Assembly (NCBI GenBank): GCA_964016885.1
Contig: OZ024742.1
Location: forward strand, 296,112,001 to 296,176,000
DNA: 64,000 nucleotides
Direction of reading: 5' to 3'
Origin: Eledone cirrhosa
Lineage: Eukaryota
In this document: one piece after another, positions 1-13,121 of the stretch
Layout: each line of letters begins with the position of its first letter
Numbering within the stretch: position 1 is the first letter of the stretch
Notes under the pieces: generated by a model
Database searches by the model: none
What the model saw: the letters and a program-made list of their open reading frames with translations, nothing else
Told to the model about the DNA's origin: nothing
Made by a program: the position numbers and the translations under genes

Positions 1-283
1 TATTATGGTTGATCTTCAAGAATGATATTAAAGTAATAGTACATATACATAATATTTTGTTACTTTATGAAATTGTTTGATATTTTAAATTCCATGTTAA
101 TGTGATTTAAAAAGAAAATAAGAGATAAACGTTTATAATAATAAAATTCTAAGCTTAATCTTTCTTAATAATATTGTAAATAATCTTTATTACTTAAAGT
201 AGATTAACAATAAATATTTAGTTGAATTTACATTTAATTTTTTCTTTTTAGATAATAAATTTATGTTCAATTTTTTCATATAG

Positions 284-376
284 GAGGATGTTTAACTGGG
301 GAAGAAAAATATTCAATTACATTGATCAAATCTCGACATTGAGCAGCTTAGTTTCAAAAGAAGCCAAGCAAAGTTT
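284..376 (+). CDS. possible internal exon of an unidentified host gene
   Basis: Acceptor ttttttcatatag, donor gtaagg. 93 nt, open in one frame only (RMFNWGRKIFNYIDQISTLSSLVSKEAKQS), non-repetitive. No homology recognised. Confidence 0.4.
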
Positions 377-3300
377 GTAAGGTTTAATACAAGTCATGTT
401 TTAACAAAATGTGTGCTAAAGTGTTTGTATGAAATATATGATGGGTATGTGTGTCTTTGTTGAACCTTCAGCAGTTCTGATGACAAGTGTTCCAGTTGAT
501 TCAATCAGTTGATTCAATCAATGAAACAGCTTGCAAGTGGATGAACAACCTGCAGACACACATATCCTTAACATAGTTCTCAGGACGATTCAGCATGACA
601 CAGGGTGTAACAAGACTGTCCCTTTTAATCTCTTCAGTGCCTTAGACGAGAGAACTCATCCTAACATGTATGCATTCCAGTGGCATGAACGAGAGAACTC
701 GTCCTAATATGTTTTAATTCCTTTCCAAAAGTTCGTAACTTCAAATCTAGATGGGGTTACTAGTTTATTGATGTGACATTTTTCAATCAAAATAATCATT
801 TTACTGAAAAGATACCCAGCACAGCAACTGAAGCTGTGTAAAATATATGTGGCAGTCAACAGGTTAATTGCCTATTGAGTGGACTGGAACAATGTGAAAT
901 AAAATGTCATGCTCAAGGACACACTGCCTTGCAAAGAATCAAACTGACAACCTTGTGATCATAAGCAAAACACCCAACCCACTAAGCCATGCACCTTCAC
1001 ATAGTTGCACACATGCATACACACACACACACACACACACATGCACACAAGCACACACATACATACACTTTCTCTTTTATGCAGTAATCAATATATCAAA
1101 TAAAAATATAGGCTGATAAATGTGAAGTTGAGTTAGAATCTCTTATTGTGATGATGGTAGATATTATATTGTCCTTAACTTGAATAGAATTTCTTGGCAA
1201 CATATCAAATTCTGCTTGTGACACACTATTGAGGTTTATTCAAATATTTTCTTGTTTCTCTGAACAACTACATGACTGTTTCATAGTTAATAATGTTCCC
1301 AACTATGTCAATTATTACTTACTATACATTATATGACAGCAATACAACATTCTATGGCAAGTATTAACATGAAACAATATTGTATGTTAAGTAGTGGTTT
1401 CTGATTTAGGCACAAGGGCAACAATTTTGGGGGGAGGGGAAAATCGATTAAATCGACCCCAGTGCATTACTGATGCTTTATTTATTGATGCCATAAGGAT
1501 AAAAAGCAAAGCTTACCTCAACAGGTTTTGAACTTAAAACGTAAAGGGTCATATTTATACAAGATTGTATAATATTTATACAAGATTGTATAAATATTAT
1601 TACTCTACAACATTCATCATCATCATTTTATGTTCAATTTCTATGCCAGCATGGGTTGGACATATTTTTGCATGGATTCTAATGCTAATCTCTTTTTAGA
1701 GTATACTAGGTGAATTTATGTTGTACCAGCACTAACATTTAACACAATATGCTAGGTACATTTTTTCATGACACCAGCACTACTGTTTGACTAAATCTGG
1801 CACTTTGTCAAACCCACGAAGACTAGACTTATTTAGAGGCAGCCTTTACTCGCCTTGTCATAGCTACATCATGGGTTGTGAGAGTTTTCTTAAGAGCTAC
1901 AGGTGTCACCCATTGCTTCATCTCCCCTAGCATTATACTGCTGTTAATCTGGGGCTGATTATTCATCCGGCAGTTGCTCACTTATATCGCAACTATCCTT
2001 CAAATCTGGTTATTCGCCACCTGAGACTTATCTAGCAGAACAGCTCTGCCAAGAATTAAATGTACTGGGGGAATTTTATTGTGGCACCAACACTATGTCA
2101 ATAATAGTACTGTAGAACATTATATCATAAATATACTATACATTTCAACCTATATCAAGAGTATGTTACATCACTGTGAAATTTGGTCTTTCTTTAGTTT
2201 TACTTTATAAAGTTTATGTTGCTATATTTTACTTATTACCTTTTAGCAGTTTTATTAACACTTTCATTACCATATTTCTCATGAATTTAATAATTTTGAA
2301 TAGTTAGCATTGGTCCAGTTGAGGCTACAATAGATGATACTTGTTCAAAGTGCCTCACCTTGTGACTGAACCTATAACACATGGTTACAAAGTAAACTAC
2401 TTAACCACATAGCCCTGCATGCATCTATATAATATATTAAACTATATTACTGAATGCACCTATTGGTAAATGGTATGATATCAATATATAAACTACATGT
2501 GTTATAATATTCTATTATATGTTAAACATTCTATGATGTTGTAACTATTTTTTTTATCTCGTATAGTAACATATTTTGGTGGTTATTAATTTATTTTCTC
2601 CCCAAGAAACATATTCACCTCACCCTCTATGAAAGAAGAAATTATGTTGGCACTATTTTCATCTTTTTGTGAGGAAGTCATTTTTAAACTTTGAAAAGAA
2701 ATAGTGCACAGGAATATATGTATATGCTAAAATCATTTGGCAACAGCACCACAAAACAGTAATTTCATATAAAAAGATAGATTTTATTTAATGTTACATA
2801 TCTACTTGAAAAAGAATTTACTTGGCAGTGATTGTGAATCTTTAAAATAGATGTTCCCTAAATGTAGTTACTCAAAATTTTAGGGAATTTAGCCAAAAAT
2901 ATACTTTACTTACCTAACGTATAGGAAACAATAAAAATCTACGTTGAATTATCCATGACCATATACCTAATACCTACATGTTTTCCCTTTTTGCTAATGG
3001 TATCACAATTTCGTTTATTAAACACTGATTAAATCATCGCCATTTTAAAGTATTTTTTTAGATACTTAGTTATTTTCATTATTTGGTGCAACTGGGCTTA
3101 TCATCTTAGTGGGATGTAGGTTGTGAGTGAAATTGAATTGGTAGAATCTGTTCACAAGCCCATCAGATTATTACTGGATACAGCATGGCAAAGAGTGAAG
3201 AAGTTAAACATGAGGTTCAAGGTTCCATCTCAGACAAGTGTCTTTTACTATAGCTTCAGGTTGATCTAAACCATGTGAGTGAATTTGGGTATGCAGAAAC

Positions 3301-3534
3301 TATTTGGAAGTATGTTAGATGGAATTGTTCCACAGTCTGTCATGCTGAATTTCTCTGAGAATTACATTAAGTGTGCTAGTGCCTGTGAAATACTCAGCCA
3401 CTTATATATTAATTTAGCAAATAAGCTGTTTAGTTGATCATAAATATAGAAAACTCTAATGAAGGTCCATTTTGTAGTTAGTTCTTCATTACTTATGTGG
3501 CCTTAAATTGATGGGAGGGTCTCTCATATATATA

Positions 3535-3718
3535 ATTGTTTCTACTTTAGGAACAAGGCCAGCAACTACCCAGTGCCTCACTGGTACTTTATTTTATCGA
3601 CCCCGTAAGGATGAAAGGCAAAGTCAACCTCGGCGGGATTTGAACTCAGATCGTAAAGGGACGTAACTATGCTAGAAAGCATGGCGTCCGACCCTCTACC
3701 GATACTACCAATCCACCA
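3535..3718 (-). mobile_element. tRNA-derived SINE (Meta-domain-like core)
   Basis: Reverse complement has A-box-like tggtagtatcgg, B-box gagttcaaatcc and core gcctttcatccttacggggtcgataaaataaagtacca. Same family as 6624-6810, 11835-12020 and 52548-52768, with partials near 1400-1550, 13970-14070, 21360-21580 and 51815-51920. Confidence 0.8.
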
Positions 3719-3880
3719 ATGATAAATAACAAATACTATAAGAAGACCTGTCAAATAATATATGACATAATCAGAAGACTAATGTATGTACACCAACATG
3801 TCATACTGTATTTTTAGTAGGTCTTCTTCATATAGTATTTGTTATTTATCACTATATATACATGATGGACTCTCCCATCG

Positions 3881-3929
3881 GTCATGCCCAAAATAAACAT
3901 TCAAACTGAATGTTTATTTTGGGCATGAC
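3881..3929. repeat. perfect 23-bp hairpin
   Basis: gtcatgcccaaaataaacattca-aac-tgaatgtttattttgggcatgac. Confidence 0.9.
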
Positions 3930-4159
3930 ATTTTAGGCAGGCAGTAAATCCACAGATCGTGCAAGGGTCAGTTTTACTGGATAATGTTGCTGGTATGTTT
4001 GATAATGCTTTTCTCTTCCCTCTTACTTCTTGTAGCTTAATGGATACAAGCTGACTCGAAGTTTCTATTATGATACATAAGTCTTCCATTACAAGGCCAC
4101 TTATTCAAATGTTTCATAATGTATATTGGTTTCTGAATGATTACTTGGCAGCAATTCTA

Positions 4160-4735
4160 GTTCTATATAGTATATAGTACAGTGTAATATAGTTTATATT
4201 TTATACAGTACTATACAGAATATAGTTCTCTATATTTTACATAGTCCTATATAGTATATAGTACAGTCTAATATAGTTTATATTTTACACAGTACTATGT
4301 AATATATAGTAGTGTAAAATACTTTATATTTTGCACAGTACTATACTGAATATTGTACTCTATATTTTAGATAGTCCTATATAGTATACAATACAGTGTA
4401 AAATACTTTATAGTTTACACAGTCCGATATAGTATATAGTACAATATAAAATATTTTGTGTTACACAGTACTATATAGAATATAATACTTTATAAGTTAC
4501 ACGGTACTATATAGTACTTTATAAGTTACACAGTGCATATAGTGTAAAGTTACACAGTGCATATAGTGTAAAGTAATATATATTTTACACAGTCCTATAC
4601 ACTATAGAATACTGTGTAAAATGCTTTATATTTTATGCAGCATAATATAGAATAGAGTACTGTGAAACAAAAATTATATTTTACACTATACTATATAGTA
4701 TTTAATATGGTATAAAATACTTTATATTTTAATAC
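4160..4735. repeat. degenerate AT-rich minisatellite
   Basis: Recurrent tatagtacagtgtaaaatactttatattttacacagtact-like units. Confidence 0.75.
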
Positions 4736-4790
4736 AGATTGAAAATATTTATAATGATTGAAAATATCTTCTTTCTTTTATATATTACAG

Positions 4791-4841
4791 GTGATTTGCT
4801 TCTGCAAATAAAAAATATTTCCCATAAAAAAGTAAAAGTTG
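4791..4841 (+). CDS. possible small exon of an unidentified host gene
   Basis: Strong acceptor ctttcttttatatattacag and donor G|gtaagt. 51 nt (DLLLQIKNISHKKVKV in one frame). Spliced directly to 284-376 it would give L-stop, so phase and linkage are uncertain. Confidence 0.4.
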
Positions 4842-6464
4842 GTAAGTAAATTTATATTTCTATATTTATGAAATGTATGTGTCTTAATAGTTTATATTTC
4901 CATATTTGTGAAATATGTGTATCTTAATTGTTTTTATATTTCTATATTTATGAAATGTATGTGCCATAATAGTTTATATTTCTATATTTATAGTTCACCT
5001 TAATAGTTCATCACTGTATACAATAGTGTGACTATTATTGTTGTTATTTGCATTGAGAAGCATACATTTCACATTTCAAAATTTCCTTATGATTGTTAAA
5101 TCAACTGATTTGTCTACACTTCTATTTATATTTTAATGCATATTTTTCTTCAGTATGAAATATTTTTATAATTTATACCATTCTTTTAATAATTTCATTA
5201 GTTAACAAATGTATTGTTTAGATCAAAATTGAAAAAAAAAACAGTTTCAAGTAATTATGGCCAATAAAATTATGTTTTGCATTATAGCACACACTGAATC
5301 CCTGTATGTCATTAGAGGTGACTAAAGGGGTTGACACTAGCAAGGACATCTTGCCATAAAACATTACCACAAAAAGGACCTCTGATGAGTATGGAGCCTG
5401 CAAGGTTAACCCTTGCTTTAGTATGGGAAATGACCATAAAGCACTCATTGTTGTTATATTGTAAACTGGTCTGTGAACAGAGACAAGGTTGACTTGAGAA
5501 GACTTACAAAAAATATAACAACCTTTGCTAGTGCTGCAATAAAATGTACCCACCGCACTCTGTAAAGTGGTTTGTGTTAGGAGAGTCACCTAGCCATAGA
5601 AGTTTTGTCAAAAATGAAACCTATAGGAGAGACATGGTTACCATGATTGTGACCATACTGCCAACCGATGAAAGAATGGAAACTTAACATAAAATGATAA
5701 CGATGATTATATGGATAATGTTGATGAGAATTATACCATAATAAACCCTGATGAACATATAATCTTGCAACTAATGAAATTAAATAGAAATATAAAGGTT
5801 GTTAATTCTATCACAAACATGCTCTAGGTCATAACAATGACATAAGTTCTTAGGTGAGAATAACGTCATAACAATAACATAGGCCACAATGGAGAAAACA
5901 TATGTAATATTCAGTATAAGAGTAATAAAAAGGAAAATGAATAAAGAGTTAATGGATAGTGTTACATTAAAAGAGTAATTATGTTGAGATAAATTTATTA
6001 ATAAATGTCTCAGATTTTTGCTGTAGAAAGTTAAGGAAGACATGTATTTAATAACCAAGAATAAATGTAAGATATATATAATTATCTGTAGATCTCTATT
6101 AGAAATTGATTGAATACTTATGAATGAAGATACAGCACTTATTGTTTTGTGAGTTTACAGAGGTTAGGATATTTATCTATGCATATATATATATGTCCCA
6201 CCCTTGCAAGCAGGGAAAAAGCGGACGTAAAATGAAGTGGTGGTGGTGGTGGTGGTGGTGGTGACGACATCATAAACAACACAATATAATGGAATAATTA
6301 TATTGTGTTGTTTATTATGTAATTAAATAGCTCTGTACAATACATAGAGCACTCTTCTTTCCTTTACCTATTCTACAGAAATAATTAACATATATATATA
6401 TATACATACATACATATATACACACTATATATACACATGTATATACACATTATACATATATATG

Positions 6465-6547
<83 letters not shown>

Positions 6548-6623
6548 GGGGGGGGGGGAAGTAAGATGTATATAATTTTAACTCTGTTAGGAACTCGTTG
6601 AAAGATTAGATGTGAAATTAAAG

Positions 6624-6810
6624 TATGGATTGGTAGTATCGGTAGAGGGTCAGATGCCATGCTTTGCAGCAAAGAGTTATGTCCCTTTATGGTCTGAGTT
6701 CAAATCCCGCCAAGGTTAACTTTGGCTCTCATCCTTACGGGGTCGATAAAATAAAGTACCAGTAATGCACTGGGATAATTACTGGCCTTGTGCCAAAAGT
6801 AGAAATAATT
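6624..6810 (+). mobile_element. tRNA-derived SINE (Meta-domain-like core)
   Basis: tggtagtatcggtagag...gagttcaaatcc...ggggtcgataaaataaagtacca...gtagaaataatt. Confidence 0.8.
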
Positions 6811-7269
6811 ATTTTATTTTATCTATGAGTTTACTGAGGTTATCATCATCATCATTTAAAGCTTTTGCCTACTAGTAAGGGGTGGACAGGTTATCACAGA
6901 TCAAGCCAGTCCTTAATCAAAGCCACTGATTTCTCAGGCAGGTCAGAGGCCACACGTTGCTTACATACACCCCCCCCCCAATATATATATATATAAACCC
7001 ATGCAAGCGTGGAAGATGGACGTTAAACGATGATGATGATGATGATGATGATATATATATATATATATATATATATAAATTCATGCACACACATACACAC
7101 ACACGCAGACACACACACATGCACTCAGCCACACACACGCACACACAGACACACACACGCACACACAGACACGCACACACAGACACACACACATACACAC
7201 AGACACACACATAGAGACAGACACAGACATACACAGACACAGACACACACAGACACACACACACACCTC

Positions 7270-9560
7270 GTTATACCTCTTCTTTCTATCCTCTTTTACA
7301 ATACTGTAACATTCTAATATCGTGCTCCTTTCAGTAGATCCCAACTTACTACTTGCTACCATGTTGGAGAAACAACCGTTACCTATGCCTCTCAAGTCTA
7401 TACGTATACCTAACAGAAAAACTTACCTTAAACAACTCATTGTCGCTACAAATTCGTTTATATGTAGGGTCAGGTGGAAGGCCTACCATTTGGATAAGGA
7501 TACAGATAATCTTCCAGCACCTAAACAAAAATACGGTTTTAAGACCTACCGGAACCCACCGCACAATGCACTGATCAAATATATCAAGTTTAGGAATAGA
7601 CGCAAATGCAGCAATACGTTCCTGACATCCCTGGACTCTCTCATTTCTATGATCAAGAACGACAGACACCTTTTCGTTGCATCTGATAAAACTAAGAACT
7701 TGTATAAGTTGAATGTAAATAGATTATACAATTCATCTATAATGAATTAAACAAAAATTACACGAAAATGCTTATTAGCACTTTAAACAACATTAATAGA
7801 TTAGGCAAAGACATTGTAACTAGCTTAGATATAGATAAATACACTAACCCTTATGTACCTATGACACCAACATTTTCTCTTAAGAATCACAAATCTAATT
7901 TTAACGAATGCCTCTCTATTAGATTAATATGCCCCTCCACTTCAGATATAGGTAGAATTAGCAAAGTGATCCTCAATAGGATAATACCTAAACTTAATAG
8001 TAAAGCTAAGGTCCGTCTCTGGAACAATACCGACCAGGTCATTAAATGGTTCACAGATCTACCCGATAAGGCATCTCTGAAATGTATCCAGTTCGACATA
8101 GACAATTACTACGCCTCTATTTCCCCTATACTCTTAAATAAAGCCCTCATCTTAGCTAGATCTAACACTAGTTTAACTAAAAAAGAAATAGATATAGTGC
8201 TTGCAGCACGGAGAACCATTGTTCATTTCGAGGGTTCCTACTGGACCAAAACCAACCGTCCTGATAACTTTGATATCACCATGGGGTCAAGTGACTCAGT
8301 GCAGGCAACTGACCTGGTCGGGATTTACCTCCTGCACAGACTTAGAGACGATAATGATAGTAGTAACCAGAACAGGTATCTTAGTATTAGCAGTAGATTA
8401 CACAATAGCACCACATTAGAAACTAACTGCAGCACCAGTAGTGTGACCGATGACAGGGTTAGAATCCATAACAGCTCTAACAATGGTTGTAGAAGATGCT
8501 ATAACATGAGAGGTGGGTGTCGCACAATTTTTGCGTGTTTATAGCTATAATAATGCCAACTACAACAATGGTAGCTATGGTAATTAACACCAACACTCAC
8601 CACCTTAGAGATGACAACAACAAACATTGCAATTGTCGTAACCCTGTGGACTGTCCACTCCGAGGCTACTGCTTGACTAGAAATGTTATCTGTAGATGCA
8701 CGTTTACTAGTCATAATAGTGTTAAATCTTACATAGGAGCTACATCTGAGGCATTCAAGACCAGATTTCGAGCACATCTGCACTCTTTTAGGAATAGGAA
8801 GTTTAGATACTCTACCTTCCTCACTAATTATATTACCCTATTAAATGACTCTAACATTAGCTACACCACTCATTGGGAAATTGTGAACTAAGCAACACCA
8901 TACAATTTTTAAAAAAGCTGCCAACTCTACCTAATAGAACTGTATTATATAGTGCAAGCACCCCACGAGCTCATAAATAGCCGGGCTGAAACTGTCATCA
9001 ATTGCGGCCATCGACTACAACAATCTTTCTACAGATGGACTCCAACAACTATATAACCACCATAACACCTGATGCTCTCAACACCACACCCTGGCCTAAC
9101 TTACCAGCGGTAGACTTACCATTAAACAACGTGAAATAATTCCATCATCCACCCTTTGTTTTCCCACCAGCAAGCTGCACTGCGTATGTTCAGCCGGGCC
9201 TACCCTGCTATATTCTTCCACTTGGCCAGCCTGGTCTTTGGGTATCTTACAAAACTGCTGCCTATACCCAAGCAATTTCTTAGACAATCGATCATATGAA
9301 TATACAAATTCTATCCTAATTGACTTTATTTTTCTTGGCCTTCAGGTCTTTAACGACTTTACTAATTATTCATACTCATACCTTAACACGGCCTCATTTA
9401 CACTGAGTTAACTAACCCTACTTATGTTAATTCCTTTTAAATAATAAAATAAAATATTTTACATAGCTGGCAGAGGTCATTAGTTAGAGAAGAAACATTT
9501 TACTAGCACCGGTAATTACCTCCTTTAGCATATTAATCTCTTCCCACCGTGTTTTATACT
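7270..9560 (+). mobile_element. Penelope-like retroelement (Naiad-type), decayed and internally deleted
   Basis: N-terminal LKSIRIP..YLKQL..RVRWKAY..YGFKT..ASDKTKNLY. RT motifs IRLICPSTSDIGRISK, QFDIDNYYASI, FDITMGSSD; YRDD and thumb are missing. C-terminal GIY-YIG CNCR..CPLRGYCL..VI..YIG..FKTRFRAHLHSF..W, then CQL..E..INSRAE..CGH ending at 9056 with stops. Outer boundaries approximate. Confidence 0.85.
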
Positions 9561-9809
9561 TAACCACGTATATTTAATAGGCACTGTGATGTAAGGAAGA
9601 ATTTAGAGGAATTTACTAAAACATCATCATCATTTTATGTCCACTTGCATTTATTTCATTACTAAGATAGTATTTGTAACATAACTTAAGAGATACTCAT
9701 ATTTAAGTGAAGGAAGACTTTAATTTCAACAGAAAATTTGTTAATGGGGTAACAGAACCAAAGATATGGTTTGCAGCAGGTTGTTATCAAAAAGGTTAAT
9801 ATATTCTAA

Positions 9810-10375
9810 AGATAAATAAATATGAGAAAGAAAAATAAAAAGCAAAATTAAGTAATGAGAAAATGGGGAAAGGGTAAGGAAGGGCAAATCTGGCTGTATG
9901 AGAAAGTAGAGGAAAGTACTATGAAACCATAAATGAGAGGAAAAGGAGGGGGGGAAGCAAGGATTTGGGGGCCAGAGAAGAAAGGGAGGGAGGAGAGGTT
10001 GATGGGCTCTGGGCCTCAGGCAGAGTGGTATTGGGGGCTGCACCCCGCAGACAAGACTGCAAAATCATTTTTGCTGACAATGGCCAGTGACACCTGCTGC
10101 AACAGCCACCCCACCTCATGGGGGCTCCTTTCTCAGATGGGTTACTGAGGTCCTGATCTTGTGGAGGAGCTCAGCTCTATGGGGTCCGAGGATGGCCAAG
10201 GTCTCAATGGTGACCGATGCAAAAAGGAATCAGTCGGACAATCCCCGGTATTTTTTTGTCTTCTTTTCCTCTGCATTGCGGACCACAGTACCAGGGTTTG
10301 TGGCCAAAGTGACCAAGCTGGAGGTGGAGGATGTGTCACAACATGTGGCCTCCCAGAGAAAAATATACCTCCTTT
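9810..10375 (-). mobile_element. CRE-type non-LTR retrotransposon 3' fragment (restriction-like endonuclease)
   Basis: Minus-strand translation LWEATCCDT..AEEKKTKKY..F..VTIETLAILG..LLQQVSLAIVSKN matches the WDATC..AE..K..KY..ET.G..QR.S.AI..GN pattern of RLE domains. Homologous to 50270-50954. Confidence 0.7.
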
Positions 10376-11834
10376 GAATGAAAAGAGTATCATTTCTTGC
10401 TTATAGAGAGAGAGAGAGAGACAGTATGAGTGATAGTTACTATACTTACAAGTAGTGACCTAGATTGAATTGTTTCAGCAGCCAGCCATTATTGTGTTAG
10501 CAATGAAACAGTTGTCAGTATACATCAATGGTCAGTTACTGGAAATAGTTGATTTCTTCACCTACATTGTGTAAGTGTCAGTCATAAATGACAGCACCAC
10601 TAGTCTTAGTACTGATCTATCAGCAACTAGAATATAAATCCAGCTTTGCTCTTCACTTTTCTTAGGCTCTTTCATTGTTTCCTGCATCTCTGTGTGAGAT
10701 TAAAAACCAAACTGGATGTCAGCCAACAAATTGGTAATATATTTATTTATATTTGGTTTTGTTGAACATGTGAACTGGATGCAGGCGTGGTTAAGAAGTT
10801 GTGTCCCAAATGTGAGGTTCTAAGCTCGATCTCATTGTTTTAACATCTTGGACAAGTGTATTTTACCTTAACTTCAAGTCAACACAAGATGGGCTATATC
10901 CATAATTTACATTAGTGAACTTTAAAGAATTACATTAAAGGCATGTGTATCTGCGGAATATTCAGCCATGTAACATCTTTGGAAAATGATGTTTAATTTG
11001 AAGACCTCTCCTTCCCTCGCCTTGTTGCTTTGTGAATGAAGTCTCTTGAGATATTTGTTTTGCATCAAGTAACAGATACTTTCTTGTCATTCTTACAATC
11101 ACAGATGCAGTAAATAAGTGATAGATCTGTTGGAAACCAGTAACTAGCAGAGATATTGTTCAAAGATTGCAAATAAATAAATAAATAAATAAAATACATA
11201 AACTATCTACTAAATTATTTACAAACTAAATACCAAACTATCTGAAACTGCCCTGGCTGTCAGTTACTAAACTATTAGAAGTTTGAAATATGTGCTTACC
11301 ACCACAAATGACTTCAATAATAGCCAAGATAATCAAGTACTGCTGGAGATGGACAAAATTGGACACATTTCAAATGTTCCTAATGCTTCTTAAATTAACT
11401 ACTATGCTTACAAAACTATGTTTTGAAGTGTTTATATTTATCTAAAGATTTTGTGTTATAATTTTATGTAAGAATCATTGTTAGGCTATATTAAAACACT
11501 AGCTTAATAACGAGAAAGTTAGTTTTATTAGTAGGCCTCCAAATTCTCGATTATTTTGAAAATGATTTGTAAAGTATGGATATATTTCATTAGAAATATA
11601 GTAACAAAAGTTTAATACAACTTACATGTTCCTTTTTTTTTTTACTATTTATCCAGGCAACACCCATATCGTTTTACTTTTTCTGGGGTCTTTGGGAAGA
11701 ACGGAGGAAGTTTTTTTTTTCTTAAAAGCTCACCCCATGCAAGGCAATAAAGACACTAAAATGCAAAGGGTTACAGAGAAGGGAAAAGGACAGAGCAGAA
11801 ATAACTTAATTCAAGGAAATAGATGATGATTATT

Positions 11835-12020
11835 GGTGACTTGGCAGTATCGGTAGAGCGTCGGACGCCATGCTTTGACGCATAGTTACGGCCCTTGCCA
11901 TTCTGAGTTCAAATCCTGCCGAGGTTAACTTTGCCTTTCATCCTTATGGGGTCGATAAAATAAAGTACCAGTAATGTACTGGGTAATTGCTGGCCTTCTG
12001 CCAAAAGTAGAAACAATTAT
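11835..12020 (+). mobile_element. tRNA-derived SINE (Meta-domain-like core)
   Basis: A-box tggcagtatcgg, B-box gagttcaaatcc, conserved core, agaaacaattatt tail. Confidence 0.85.
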
Positions 12021-12930
12021 TAATGTTGCTTTTGAATTTTTACAAATGTGAGGAAATTAAGAAGCAGGAACATAATTCCATAGGTGAGGGAAGAAAGTAT
12101 TCTCAACCTGGAGATCTGGTCTGAATTGTAGATAGTATTTCATTAGAAATATGATAATGAAAAGTTTAGTTGTGCTTTTAGCAGAAAATCAAGCATTACA
12201 CTAAGATATTTTTAAAAACCCATTTGCTACCAAACCACCCAAAACCACTGTGAGGTTATGATAGAAAACTATTCATTTTTAATGTTTATCCTTATATTAA
12301 AACCTCCCATCATAATTTTATTTTAGAAATTTGGGTTAGATAATGTTCTAAATATCTGTTTACCAATGGAAATCTTAGTTATTTTATAAAATACCTCAAA
12401 ATTTTGGTTATTTTCAAAATTAATTGAAACATAGGCAGTGAATTTCATTAGCAATATGGTAATGAAAGGGTTAATAAAGATTTTAAAATATATCCTATAA
12501 ATAAACATGAGTGAGTGTTTATAGCTGATTTTTTTTTTAAAAGTTTATTCCAATCTTATATAACCTTTATATTTAAACTTTATTTTAAAACCTGTTGTTT
12601 TTTTTTATTATTTATTAATGGTTTATCTATTCCCATAAAATAATTGTCAAGTTGATTTGTTCAAAACAACTACTCTACACTTGTAATGATACAATCTGTC
12701 AGTTAAGACATTAAATCTTTTTAAAAAAATTCAAATCAGTTGGATCTTATATGAAAATATAAAATATTTTTCAAGCACTAAAAAGAAAAAGAAATAGTTG
12801 AAAAACGCACTAAAAAGAAAAAGAAATAGTTGAAAAACATAAATCAAGATTTTTGCTTAATGTGTCAAAGTTTCTAGGTGGATTTGTGGAATTGTTAGAT
12901 GCATTGTAGTATATGTTCTGGCTCCTTATC

Positions 12931-13121
12931 ACTTTAGCATTTAAATCGGCCATATCCAGCCAGAATTCTCTCAGCTCTTTCTGTTCAAACCAGCTGTAAC
13001 TGGCCCCTCATACCTACATTAATGTATTACTCTCAAAATAAATAATATCAAAATCTCGTAGATTTGATATTAAGTGAGATAATTATGTAAATATAGAGTA
13101 ATGTAAATGCCAAAGGGTTAA
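12931..13121 (+). mobile_element. TTAA-flanked piggyBac-like MITE
   Basis: ctttagcatttaaa...gtaaatgccaaagggttaa ends. Related copies at ~14440-14642 (+), 46430-46650 (-) and 49005-49207 (-). Confidence 0.6.

Noticed and set aside
477-535. CTGATGA...GAAAc
   Set aside because: Part of a decayed SINE with a small tandem duplication; no stem I or stem III.
1345-1390. GAAA-caatattg-TA palindrome resembling stem III
   Set aside because: No recognisable CUGANGA or UUGANAA core upstream; just a short hairpin.
9460-9515. Hammerhead expected at the 3' end of the 7270-9560 PLE
   Set aside because: Only ctggcaga...gaaac is present; the core and stems cannot be assembled.
11835-11925. tRNA gene
   Set aside because: The A/B boxes belong to a multi-copy SINE head with no full cloverleaf.
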